From: Planctopirus limnophila DSM 3776
Lineage (GTDB): Bacteria; Planctomycetota; Planctomycetia; Planctomycetales; Planctomycetaceae
Direction: 5' to 3'
NCBI RefSeq assembly: GCF_000092105.1
Contig: NC_014148.1
Span: 4,020,001-4,052,000, forward strand
DNA length: 32,000 nt
Position 1 is the stretch's first letter, and each line of letters starts with the position of its first letter. Shown here piece after piece: positions 1 to 9,112 of this stretch. The position numbers were made by a program, and so were the translations under genes. The notes under the pieces are model-generated. The model made no database searches. It saw only the letters and a program-made list of their open reading frames with translations, and was not told the origin of the DNA.

Positions 1-272
1 TCTTTCTGTCGAATTTGCGTTGTGCGATCAAACCTGCTTCAACACGACATGAAAGTTATGGTAATCAAAGCCAGCAGGAAAAGACCATAATCCTTTGAAT
101 TTGGCTCGCATTTCATCGCGAAGACCGACCATCTTGTTTATGTTCAAACGGTACTTTTCAGGAGATGAGGCAGCATAGAATCACTGCTCTTTGATCCAAT
201 CGCATTGTGTCTTCGTAGTGCCCCTGCCTCAGAGAGCCGTCTTCCAACTCGACAATTCATCATGGAATCTCC

Positions 273-1571
273 ATGTCCGATGACCTTGAACCAGCCAGTT
301 CTCAGTTCGCCCAGCCAGTTCCAGGTGATATGGCAACTCCTGCTATTCAACCGGTAGGGCCGCCTCTTTCCTTGACGGATTTTCTCGATGAGGAATCTGC
401 TCCGCCGGTGGTCGATACTTCCTTAGTCAGCAATGACGAAAGTCTGCCGGCATTTGTCCGTTCACGACAGTCACTTGGCCCTGGTCTTGGCGAAGCCGTT
501 GGCTGGACGGCTGGTGTCTTCGGCAGTCACCTTCTCTTGAGCATTGGGCTGGTCTTAGTCATCTCCATCGTCTCTGCAATTTATCTCGTCAGCACAGAGG
601 GTATTAAAGACCCTAAGCAACTGGAACAACGGCTCGCCATGGGCTCGATGGGAAATACCATTCTCGTCTGTGGTGAGCAGTGGTTGATGGTCGGTCTGAC
701 CATCGTGGCTGTCTGGCTGCGCATGGGGAAACAAACCACCCGGCAACTCAACCTCGATCTGCCGCACCCCTACCAGCTGTTGATCGTCACCTGCCTGGTG
801 CTCCCTCTGGGTGGCATCGCCGATCTCAGTTATCGACTCGCTTCGATCCCGTGGGATTTTCTCAAGAATCAAAGCGACTTATTTGCCCAACTCGACCAAG
901 TGAATATGGTCGAGCAAATGCAGAAAATGACAGCTTCGATCCCTTTGCCACTGTTGATTCTGGCAATTTCGGTATCACCTGCCATCAGTGAAGAGCTGGT
1001 TTTCCGAGGCCTGTTAGTCCGTGGTTTACTGGCCCGCTGGGGTGTCTTGTGGACAATGCTGATCTCGTCGTTCCTGTTCGCCTTGATCCATTTTCATCCA
1101 CTGCATGTCATGGCTGTCTTTCCAATTGGCATGGCACTCTTCTGGATCTACTACACCACGCGCAACTTCTGGTTGCCCATGTGGCTGCATCTGCTCAACA
1201 ACCTCTGCTCGATCCTGGTGATGCGCTGGCAGGGAAGTCTCGAAGAGGTGCTCGAAAACGCCGAGACCATGCAATTGGTAGTACAGTCTGGCATTGCACT
1301 GCTGGGAACTTCGATCGCTCTGTGGCTGCTCCATAAAAACCGAACCCGGTATGTGAACACCACGGGAGAAGAATGGAATCCTCCCGCAGCTCCCATGTCG
1401 TCGCCTCCAGTTCAACTCGGTTTTCAACGCCAGGTGAATGTCGTGGGAATTCCTGTATTTGTGATTGGTGCAGCTCTTACCGCTTTGTTGCTCTTCGCTC
1501 AGGTCAGTTCGATGATCGAGCCACTTGACGAAACGAAAGCTGGCATTAGTGATCCTGCTCTTGCACCATGA
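273..1571 (+). CDS. CPBP-family intramembrane glutamic endopeptidase (CAAX protease / Abi-like), polytopic membrane protein
   Basis: 432-aa ORF with ATG at 273. The three CPBP signature motifs sit in hydrophobic context: SEELVFRG (EExxxR), SSFLFALIHF (FxxxH) and WLHLLNN (HxxxN). The N-terminal ~70 aa are Pro/Ser-rich and non-hydrophobic, and there is an extra C-terminal TM helix. Confidence 0.8.
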   Translation: MSDDLEPASSQFAQPVPGDMATPAIQPVGPPLSLTDFLDEESAPPVVDTSLVSNDESLPAFVRSRQSLGPGLGEAVGWTAGVFGSHLLLSIGLVLVISIVSAIYLVSTEGIKDPKQLEQRLAMGSMGNTILVCGEQWLMVGLTIVAVWLRMGKQTTRQLNLDLPHPYQLLIVTCLVLPLGGIADLSYRLASIPWDFLKNQSDLFAQLDQVNMVEQMQKMTASIPLPLLILAISVSPAISEELVFRGLLVRGLLARWGVLWTMLISSFLFALIHFHPLHVMAVFPIGMALFWIYYTTRNFWLPMWLHLLNNLCSILVMRWQGSLEEVLENAETMQLVVQSGIALLGTSIALWLLHKNRTRYVNTTGEEWNPPAAPMSSPPVQLGFQRQVNVVGIPVFVIGAALTALLLFAQVSSMIEPLDETKAGISDPALAP

Positions 1572-1628
1572 GTGCACACTGCCTCACGTTTCGCTCACGA
1601 TGATCCCGCACTCCACGGCGAATTCTGC

Positions 1629-2714
1629 ATGCTCACGACTTCTCCATCCGGTATGGATATCGAAGAGATCATCACGATCATCAGTCGGTGGGCGCAAGCT
1701 GGAATTGTCCGCGAGTTTCCCTCGTTTTTGCCACAGGTTCTGCAGCAACCCTCGAAGATCAGTTCCCCGCGTGAACTCTGGCCTGTCTTCTACGGCTGCT
1801 ATGACTGGCACTCGGCAGTCCACAGCCACTGGGCACTCGCGCGCTACGTGCGCTGGCTTCCCTCTCACCCGCAAGCGACATCCTGGATCGAAACGCTGCA
1901 ACATCAGATCACACCATCCGGGATGGCAGGTGAATTCGCCTTCTTTACTCGATCCAACTGGCCCAGTTTCGAAAGGCCCTATGGCTGGGCCTGGTATCTG
2001 ACACTTTGCAGCGAACTGGCCTCTCATCCCGAGCCAGCCTTGCAAAACCTCTACCAGTATTTACAACCACTCGAACAGATCTTGAGAGGTCGCTTTCGGG
2101 ATTGGCTGGAATCTCTTGATCGCCCGATACGTACTGGGGAACACAATCAGACTGCCTTCAGCCTCGGAATGATTTACGACTACTCAAAGGGCATGGGGGA
2201 TGATGCTCTGCGCATGCTCATCAAACGGAAATCATTATCCTGGCATGCTCGCGATACCCATCTCCCCTGGGCATTAGAACCGTCGGCTCACGATTTTCTC
2301 TCGCCTTCACTGGCCGTTGCGGATCTCCTGAGCCGCACGATCGATGATCCCGAGGAGTTCAGCCAGTGGCTGCGAAACGCCTTTCCTCAGTGGTATGACA
2401 ATTCAGCCACATTGCTCGCATGGCCCACGGTTGAATCCCTGGATCGCATCGATGGGAAAAACGCCCATTGGGATGGTCTGGCATTCAGCCGGGCCTGGAT
2501 GTTGCTGCGGATTGCTCAGCGACTTCCCCACGACCACCACCTCAAACCGGCATTCATCGAGGCCAGTCATCAGCAGGGAAGACGCGGACTGAATTCCCTG
2601 ACCAGTGACAGCTACATGACAACCCACTGGGTGGGAAGTTTTGCCGCTTACTGGCTTTCATTCCACCTCAGCCATGATCCACACTCTGACAAACCTTCTT
2701 CCAGCATTGCCTGA
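1629..2714 (+). CDS. DUF2891-like soluble protein of unknown function
   Basis: The ORF opens with GTG at 1572, directly abutting the upstream stop. ATG at 1629 (MLTTSPSG) or 1653 (MDIEE) is the more plausible start. The product is helical and Trp/His-rich. FYGCYDWHSAVHSHWALARY resembles, from memory, the DWHS..H.HW core of DUF2891. The family assignment is not verified. Confidence 0.6.
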   Translation: MLTTSPSGMDIEEIITIISRWAQAGIVREFPSFLPQVLQQPSKISSPRELWPVFYGCYDWHSAVHSHWALARYVRWLPSHPQATSWIETLQHQITPSGMAGEFAFFTRSNWPSFERPYGWAWYLTLCSELASHPEPALQNLYQYLQPLEQILRGRFRDWLESLDRPIRTGEHNQTAFSLGMIYDYSKGMGDDALRMLIKRKSLSWHARDTHLPWALEPSAHDFLSPSLAVADLLSRTIDDPEEFSQWLRNAFPQWYDNSATLLAWPTVESLDRIDGKNAHWDGLAFSRAWMLLRIAQRLPHDHHLKPAFIEASHQQGRRGLNSLTSDSYMTTHWVGSFAAYWLSFHLSHDPHSDKPSSSIA

Positions 2715-2723
2715 GCCCGATCT

Positions 2724-4517
2724 TCAAGTGGCGGGCTTGGCCAAAGGCTCGGTTTTCGTCAGGAAGGTCGATTCCAGCTCCACAATGCGGCTGAGTGAGG
2801 CCAGATTCGCAGTGTCCTCCATCAACTTCAAATTGGCCGAGAGTGCGACAGTTTCGAGCCAGTATTTCAGTCGTTCGAGTTTGACGACATCCAGCTCTTT
2901 CTGCTCGCTCTCTTTCGAAAGCTGCTTGATTGTCGCGAGTTCCTTTTTCATTTCGGCGTAGCGCGGATGCTCGATAATCACTTGCCGCACAGCATCGGCC
3001 TCTTCGGAAATCAAACGAGCCGTCTCGGGATGCCAGGGGCTTGCCATCACTGGCCAACGTTTCTTCACAGCCGCACCAATCTCCCGCTTGATGCTCGATA
3101 CCGTCGTCCGTCGGCGGCGGACTTCCGAGTCTGTCCGTGCCTTCTCGTCACGCTTGTGACGAATCGCTTTTTCGACATCGTCCGCACGATCAGTCCCTGT
3201 GAGCAAGAACTCCCGGCTCAGCCCTTCAATCACCGACTTCTCAACGACTGTCGCATGCTTCAGCAACTCATCAACCGGTGAGTTTGGTGTCAGTAAGCCA
3301 TCCTGACCTTTAGTTTTGGAAGCGTGTCGCAGAAAAATGTCAGTGGTGCGCACAGGAATGTCGATGGTGCGTGCTGTCAGCACCGTATAGGCATGCGCTT
3401 CCAGAAACGAGGTACGGCCGTCCTGATCATAATCAGGGCTCGTTACCGATTGACCCGTTCTCGATTCCCCACAGAGAGCTTCAAAGAAGTAAGACGAATA
3501 CTCTCGATAATCGGCCTCGTTGATGTTCGGCGTACAGCCAGCCGCCACACGATCAGGAACTGTCGAGAAGAACCCGCACCGGGGATGCTCTGCCAGACCA
3601 TGGGCAGGGTTCCCCTTCTTGAAAATAAAGTTCCCAAAGCCACCGCTGTAGCATTGCACCATGACGGCCACCACCGGCACATCGGGCGAAAGCTCATCCA
3701 GTTTCTCAGTCCACTCCGTGACTGACATATCCGTACTTTTCCACAGATGCATAATGTTATTAGCAAAAGCTGGCTTGCGATTTCCTCCGTCGGGACGCTG
3801 CCGATCCGCCGGACGTGGTTCACGCTCTGAATCGGCCACAGTTTTGGAACTGTCTGAAACAGATTCCTTATTGCTGGTCTCTGCCTCGCTAACAGTCTCT
3901 GGTTTGGCTGAATCTTCGGGTTTGCTGGACTCATCCGATTTGGATTCGGAACTGTCAGATGGCTCCATCCGGGTTGGTCGTGCCGCCGCTGGAGAGCCCG
4001 TGCCTGGTTCATTGCCAGAGCGTGGGAATGGGCCTCGTGAAGATGTCGATTCCCCGCGAGCTTTCCCGCCATGGCCAGTGAAATACACAATCAGGCGGTC
4101 GCCACCGGCCAGTTGTGCACGAAAGTCCTTCAAAGTGTTCTCGATTGTCGTCGGATCAGCCGCTCCATCCACGACAGGGAGCAGGCTGGTGCGATAATCG
4201 AAGTTCACCCCGGTGGCGGGGCCAATGAGATCCGCCAGCAGCATTCGGAGATCTTCAGGGTCTCGCTGAGCATCGAACTGCAGATCGGTCTGCGCATCAC
4301 CACCATCCGAGAAGAGAATCTTCTGGTGGATCTCTGAGATTTTCAGCCGCTCAAGCACACGCTGAAGATAGCGAACGTTGTTTTCGAGAGAAATCTGATT
4401 GCTCTCAGGCCGGGGGCCGCCGCCAATGGTCAGCAGATGATCGCTCGCCCAGAGTGTCCCCCCTGCCAGCATTGACAAGGAGATCATAACAGCCGCAGTC
4501 AAAGATGTTCGAAGCAT
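2724..4517 (-). CDS. Secreted clan-CD (legumain C13 / caspase-fold) peptidase-like protein with a low-complexity insert and a C-terminal coiled-coil region
   Basis: ATG at 4517 gives MLRTSLTAAVMISLSMLAGGTLWA, a signal peptide. The longer ORF reaching 4571 has no signal peptide. A His-Cys dyad context is visible: DRLIVYFTGHGG and VPVVAVMVQCYSGGFGNF. A ~98-aa Ser/Glu/Asp/Pro/Lys-rich segment lies between the two. The last ~190 aa are Lys/Glu/Arg-rich with heptad-like spacing. Confidence 0.65.
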   Translation of the reverse strand: MLRTSLTAAVMISLSMLAGGTLWASDHLLTIGGGPRPESNQISLENNVRYLQRVLERLKISEIHQKILFSDGGDAQTDLQFDAQRDPEDLRMLLADLIGPATGVNFDYRTSLLPVVDGAADPTTIENTLKDFRAQLAGGDRLIVYFTGHGGKARGESTSSRGPFPRSGNEPGTGSPAAARPTRMEPSDSSESKSDESSKPEDSAKPETVSEAETSNKESVSDSSKTVADSEREPRPADRQRPDGGNRKPAFANNIMHLWKSTDMSVTEWTEKLDELSPDVPVVAVMVQCYSGGFGNFIFKKGNPAHGLAEHPRCGFFSTVPDRVAAGCTPNINEADYREYSSYFFEALCGESRTGQSVTSPDYDQDGRTSFLEAHAYTVLTARTIDIPVRTTDIFLRHASKTKGQDGLLTPNSPVDELLKHATVVEKSVIEGLSREFLLTGTDRADDVEKAIRHKRDEKARTDSEVRRRRTTVSSIKREIGAAVKKRWPVMASPWHPETARLISEEADAVRQVIIEHPRYAEMKKELATIKQLSKESEQKELDVVKLERLKYWLETVALSANLKLMEDTANLASLSRIVELESTFLTKTEPLAKPAT

Positions 4518-4728
4518 GACAATCCCATCCCGACAAGATCTGTCCGATGACTCGGCGAGCCCCCGAATCATGAAGACCTGATGAACTCATTTTCAAATTG
4601 TGATCAAGACCAACGGGTCAGTACAGAAAAAAGCATCTCGAGCGCGCACATTTCAGAAAGTGCTCGTCCATCTCATCAAGGAACGGGAGAGAGATCGACC
4701 CACATGTCAGATACCGAGCCACGACTCC

Positions 4729-5910
4729 TTATGGTTTATCGGATGATTTATCTGTAACCGCTTCAGACTCAGGTTCCTTCTCGACCGGCAGTTCAACTCC
4801 AGGAAAATCCTTCTTCAACTGCTCTTCGAGTGCCTGACCCCGTGCGTTAATCGAGATCACTTCGAAATTCCGCCCGATCAGAATCATGCGGGGAATCGAG
4901 TTGATCGAATAGTAACGGGCATTGGGTGAACCTTCCCCCTCCTGATGATCATGGACAATCGTCCAAGGGAGCGGCTTTTTCTCCAGAAATTGATCGAGGG
5001 CTTTGCGGTTGGAATCCACACTGATCCCAACAATTTCAAACCCATGGGGATGATAAGTCTCATAGAATTTCGTCATGCGGGGAAACTCAGCCACACAAGG
5101 GCCGCACCATGTCGCCCAGAAGTCGACCAGCACGACTTTCCCTTTGTAAGCCGCCCAGTCGAAGGACTCGCCCGTGATCGTTTTTTCGGCAGTCAGCACC
5201 ATTTCCTGGCCTGGCAACTGCAAACGACGCAACACCCCTTCAGCCGACGCCAGGAGTCTTTCGGCTTTAGGATCGGTCACCGTTTTCAAATCGGCGACAT
5301 AACCTTCCAGTAGCTCAGCAGCGGCCTTCTGTTGAGCAGGCAAGGCTGAATTTGCCAGTTGCACAATCGTAGCCATCACGCCCATCTTCTCACTGAACGA
5401 GGCCTCATCCAGCAATTTCTGATGATCCTTTAACTTCGCAATCGTGCGGTCCAGCGGCGTCCCGGGTTTCGACAACTCCACCTCTAAACACTTCAGTCTG
5501 GCGATGCGGTAAAGTGATTTGTCTTCCTGAGCCTGCAGGCCGCTGATCAACTCCTCCAGCTTCTCCTCCGATCTCGCACTTTTAAGGCTGATCAGGCCCA
5601 ATAGAATCTGAACTCTGGCCAATACCAGGGCTCGTTGATCCACTTCAGTCACAGCCTTCCCAGAAAGTTCTTCAGCCTGAACCAGTAAACCTGCCAGTTG
5701 CTCAACACGCTCACTGGGCTTCAGCGTCGCCACCTTCGCCCGACTCCCCAGTGATTGCAACTGCTTCTGCATGTCGGCAATCGATTCAGGCACGGTCTTC
5801 TGATCTGTGCTCTGTTGATCAGGAGCCGTATCCTGTCCATACATCACGGGACAAACAGCATAAGAAAGTAATGCCATAACACTCAAGAGCCGCCACATTT
5901 TTGATAACAT
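4729..5910 (-). CDS. TlpA-family thiol:disulfide oxidoreductase (thioredoxin fold) with a long N-terminal helical domain, secreted
   Basis: 393-aa ORF with ATG at 5910 and signal peptide MLSKMWRLLSVMALLSYAVCPVMYG. The C-terminal domain carries VVLVDFWATWCGPCVAEFP (WCGPC redox motif) and GFEIVGISVD, typical of TlpA/ResA/redoxin proteins. Confidence 0.85.
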   Translation of the reverse strand: MLSKMWRLLSVMALLSYAVCPVMYGQDTAPDQQSTDQKTVPESIADMQKQLQSLGSRAKVATLKPSERVEQLAGLLVQAEELSGKAVTEVDQRALVLARVQILLGLISLKSARSEEKLEELISGLQAQEDKSLYRIARLKCLEVELSKPGTPLDRTIAKLKDHQKLLDEASFSEKMGVMATIVQLANSALPAQQKAAAELLEGYVADLKTVTDPKAERLLASAEGVLRRLQLPGQEMVLTAEKTITGESFDWAAYKGKVVLVDFWATWCGPCVAEFPRMTKFYETYHPHGFEIVGISVDSNRKALDQFLEKKPLPWTIVHDHQEGEGSPNARYYSINSIPRMILIGRNFEVISINARGQALEEQLKKDFPGVELPVEKEPESEAVTDKSSDKP

Positions 5911-6093
5911 AACTACTTAGTCCATTTCATTTGATAGAGCAGACACAATGTCACCGGGAATCGATTTCAAGGAAAAACCACAACGGCCTCTAAAGGCCAG
6001 ATTGCTTACTAATACAGCAATGACTATCGTTTATACAACATCCGAATAAACTATAAATGACGAATCTCACAGATATCTATTTTTCATCACAAG

Positions 6094-6267
6094 CTAATTG
6101 ACCGGCATCAATTCATCCGAAAGAGGCTGGCCATCTTCTGATGTCCTGGCCTGCTGATCCTGGGGATGCGGGCCATCCTCAGGTGGCGCCAGGAACCAGA
6201 AACTGCTCAGCCAAAGGACGAAGATCAGTCCGAACACAATGTAGAGAGGCTTAATAGAAATCCGCAT
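6094..6267 (-). CDS. Small (57 aa) single-pass membrane protein, hypothetical
   Basis: Hand translation of the minus strand gives ATG(6267) MRISIKPLYIVFGLIFVLWLSSFWFLAPPEDGPHPQDQQARTSEDGQPLSDELMPVN, with TAG at 6096-6094. It has one clear TM helix plus an acidic tail. It lies 61 nt downstream of the DUF1559 gene on the same strand, with a GGAG ~12 nt upstream. It falls below the 60-aa cutoff of the ORF track. Confidence 0.4.
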   Translation of the reverse strand: MRISIKPLYIVFGLIFVLWLSSFWFLAPPEDGPHPQDQQARTSEDGQPLSDELMPVN

Positions 6268-6328
6268 AGTCCACTGTGGCTCCGCACCAATTCCTCAGGC
6301 CATCGAGATAACGACTTATGAGTTGAAC

Positions 6329-7357
6329 CTAGTATTCACCCACGACATCAGCATCACCAATCCCGGACAACGACTGCCTGAGTATTACCTGATCCATATT
6401 GATACTGAACGGCCTGACCGAGCCATCAGCCAGAGCGAACATCGCCATTCCGGGATGTGCGCTGGCGAAGCGGTAGAGCAAAGTCTGGCCCGATCCTGCG
6501 TAATAATTATTGGCAACAGTGCCGAAGCACATTGGCATCGAGTTGGTGCCCATCCAGGCAGAGGACTGGTACAGGATTTCGTTCCGCCAATCTCCGCGCA
6601 CCTCTCCAAATAGTAGCGTGTTGGTGGTGCCATCGGTGATGTCACGCAGCTTGGTCTTGCTACGTCGAAAAAAGACACCTTTGTACTTATCGAGCGTGGG
6701 GGCTTCGATAAAGCCTGCCCAGCCAGCGACTCCCGCATAACTGGTACGACCCAGATTTCGAGCAGGTTGCCCGCCCAGCGTCGATGCCACGGGCGTGCCA
6801 TTGGCCACAAAGGTCGCGGCAGTTCCGCTGGTGCTGCGAAAGGTAATGAGGGCGGTATTCACCTGTAACGTCGAATCGTAAGGATTAGGAGTGCTCGAGG
6901 GGCAGATGAGAATTGGCAAGCGGGTGAACGCCGCTGTGCGGGTCGTGGCCTCGTTAGTCCAGAATGTCTGCGTGGTCGTGCTGACATCGGGATCGATCTG
7001 ATTGCGGTTAATCGTGTTATAAACTGCGCCCTGATCAAAGAAGGGGAGCATGTGAGGAAACGGCCCTGTCCGTGAACCGGTAATCCCCGTGGCTGAGATA
7101 ATATTCCCTGAAGGTTCCGTACCAGCGGCGTTGTACCCGGGGGGCAGATAGCCAAAAGTTTCTTCGAAGTTGAATGCCGCCAGGGCAATCTGTTTGAGTT
7201 TGTTCTGGCACTGTGCCCTGCGGGCTGCTTCGCGGGCCTGCTGCACAGCGGGTAACAGCAAAGAAATCAGCATGGCAATGATGGCGACCACCACGAGCAA
7301 TTCGACAAGCGTAAACCCTCGGCGAATAACGCGAGCCTGATGGCAAACTCGATGCAT
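6329..7357 (-). CDS. DUF1559 domain protein with prepilin-type N-terminal cleavage/methylation motif (planctomycetal type IV pilin-like / pseudopilin-like)
   Basis: ATG at 7357 (MHRVCHQARVIRRGFTLVELLVVVAIIAMLISLLLPAVQQAREAARRAQCQNKLKQIALA) reproduces the hallmark GFTLVELLVV...LLPAVQ.AREAARR..C.N.LKQ N-terminus. The C-terminus FASAHPGMAMFALADGSVRPFS is typical of DUF1559. An AAGGGGA purine tract lies just upstream of the ATG. Confidence 0.9.
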   Translation of the reverse strand: MHRVCHQARVIRRGFTLVELLVVVAIIAMLISLLLPAVQQAREAARRAQCQNKLKQIALAAFNFEETFGYLPPGYNAAGTEPSGNIISATGITGSRTGPFPHMLPFFDQGAVYNTINRNQIDPDVSTTTQTFWTNEATTRTAAFTRLPILICPSSTPNPYDSTLQVNTALITFRSTSGTAATFVANGTPVASTLGGQPARNLGRTSYAGVAGWAGFIEAPTLDKYKGVFFRRSKTKLRDITDGTTNTLLFGEVRGDWRNEILYQSSAWMGTNSMPMCFGTVANNYYAGSGQTLLYRFASAHPGMAMFALADGSVRPFSINMDQVILRQSLSGIGDADVVGEY

Positions 7358-8015
7358 CTTGATCCCCTTGAGATTTTGAAGCCCTTGCAAACTCTGCTCT
7401 CCTGGTGGCACGAAACGACCCGGCAGAGCCTTTGCGAATTTGACAAACGAATAACCAGATGAATTCGACGGGGAGCGCAAAGGTGTGATACAGCCACTTG
7501 AAGATTCCAACAATCGGGTGGTCTGCTATTTGCTGTCAGAATTTCAAGAACTGTAGTCTCCGTTATGGTTCGCCCGGTAAAAAAAACTCCAGGACTCCCC
7601 ACAAGGCCGTTTCTCACAATCTTTGCCGTGCAATGCAGCCTTTTCTTGCTTGAAAAAGAGTCCGCTCAATCGGGTTACGAGAGGCTCTCCCGAAACCTGT
7701 TATGGAATTCCAACTTATTGCTCGCCAAACCAACTCTCAGAAAGACAACTCGATGTCCCGCTTGAGAAATCTGCTGATGACCCCTTCAAAACACGCCAAA
7801 AACCGTCATCCGTCGAATTTCCACCGAATCGGGAATTGAAATCACGACTTGATGGGTTATATATTTATCTTTTGAGAATAACCACTGCCTGAACCGCAGC
7901 ATTGCTTCATCAAGGTGAAATCAGCTCTTGCCTTATGGGGCGAGTCATAAAATCGACTTCTCTCCGTGCACTCCAGCCCTCGGCATGCCCTCCCAATGCA
8001 CTCCAGAGTTCGAAG

Positions 8016-8960
8016 ATGAATCAGTCTCCCTCGCCAACACCTGCCAGCAGCGGTCCGAATCAGCAGCCGTTTTCCTCGCATTTCATGTCGAAATACGTTC
8101 AGCCGGCGGTCTCTGATCGTGACTTCAGAAATGTCGAATACCGCCTCCATAACCGCAGATCTGTGGCCCTCTATCGCTGCTCTCGGGATTTCGCCACACC
8201 TTCGACTCCCAAGCCCGATTTCATGCTCAGGCTGCATCTCAATAAGTTCCCCGCACAGCATGAGGTCAACTACGGCGGTGGCTGGCTGAAACGCATGCCC
8301 GATTCCTATGTTCTCGCACCACCAAACGTCGATTCCCGTGTTCGCGGGAACCTCCAGAACCATTTCACCAGCCTCATTCTGGTCTTCCCCGAAACAGAAC
8401 TCCGGCAAGTCGCCGGGGAGCTTCTTGACGCTGAGGGTAAACACCTATGGCAACCACCATCGAAAGAACTCCACGATACATCGATCTCAACGTTGATGAG
8501 GCAACTGTGGGAGTCTTCCTGCAGTTCGGCACCGGCCGAATCTGTGTTGATCGAGGGGACATTTATTTCTCTTGTGGGTCGCCTGTTACTCTCCGGACAG
8601 CAGAAACGACTGGCCATTCCCAAATATGAAAGCAGTGCTTCGCTCATCACCAGCAAAGCTCTGAACTACATGCAGGATCGTCTCAGCGAAAAACTGACGC
8701 TGGAAGAGATTGCCAAGGCTGCCGGGGTCAGCCGCTCGTACCTCATTCGCGTCTTCGCTCAAGCGACAGGTAAAAGTGTGCACGCCCGCCTGATTGAACT
8801 TCGTATCGAGCGAGCCAAACAGCTCCTGATTCAGTATGGCCGCAATATGACTCTCGACCAGGTGGCTTTAGCCTGCGGATTCTGGGATGGCACGCATCTG
8901 ACTCGCTCATTTTTTGAGCATGTAGGCATTACTCCCCAGCAGTTCCGCGAGAACTCGTGA
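8016..8960 (+). CDS. AraC-family transcriptional regulator
   Basis: The C-terminal ~100 aa form a double HTH: LTLEEIAKAAGVSRSYLIRVFAQATGKSVHARLIELRIERAKQLLIQYGRNMTLDQVALACGFWDGTHLTRSFFEHVGITPQQFR. The start is uncertain: TTG 7902, ATG 7935, ATG 8016 or ATG 8085. ATG 8016 gives a family-typical ~314 aa. Confidence 0.8.
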   Translation: MNQSPSPTPASSGPNQQPFSSHFMSKYVQPAVSDRDFRNVEYRLHNRRSVALYRCSRDFATPSTPKPDFMLRLHLNKFPAQHEVNYGGGWLKRMPDSYVLAPPNVDSRVRGNLQNHFTSLILVFPETELRQVAGELLDAEGKHLWQPPSKELHDTSISTLMRQLWESSCSSAPAESVLIEGTFISLVGRLLLSGQQKRLAIPKYESSASLITSKALNYMQDRLSEKLTLEEIAKAAGVSRSYLIRVFAQATGKSVHARLIELRIERAKQLLIQYGRNMTLDQVALACGFWDGTHLTRSFFEHVGITPQQFRENS

Positions 8961-9112
8961 TCGCTTTGGTCCTGCCAGAAGTTTCACAACATCGAAATTT
9001 TCTTGCCTTCAGAAAGTTCTCACACCCGGAGTTTCTTTTCGGATTCAAGAGTCAAGCAGCGATCCCTGTGACATGCATAGTGCTGCTCCGAGCAAGCATG
9101 CTGGAATGACTC

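Noticed and set aside
28-350. 68-aa ORF (144-350, minus strand) and a 34-aa ORF (28-132, minus strand) at the left edge
   Set aside because: Both are short and lack motifs or ribosome-binding sites. One overlaps the CPBP start region. I cannot tell whether a real gene ends in or just left of the first 270 nt.
4615-4675. Candidate terminator downstream of the TlpA-like gene (imperfect CGAGC...GCTCG stem followed by T6 on the minus strand)
   Set aside because: The stem is short and bulged, and the T-run is separated from it by 6 nt. It does not meet the standard of the terminator at 15126-15172.
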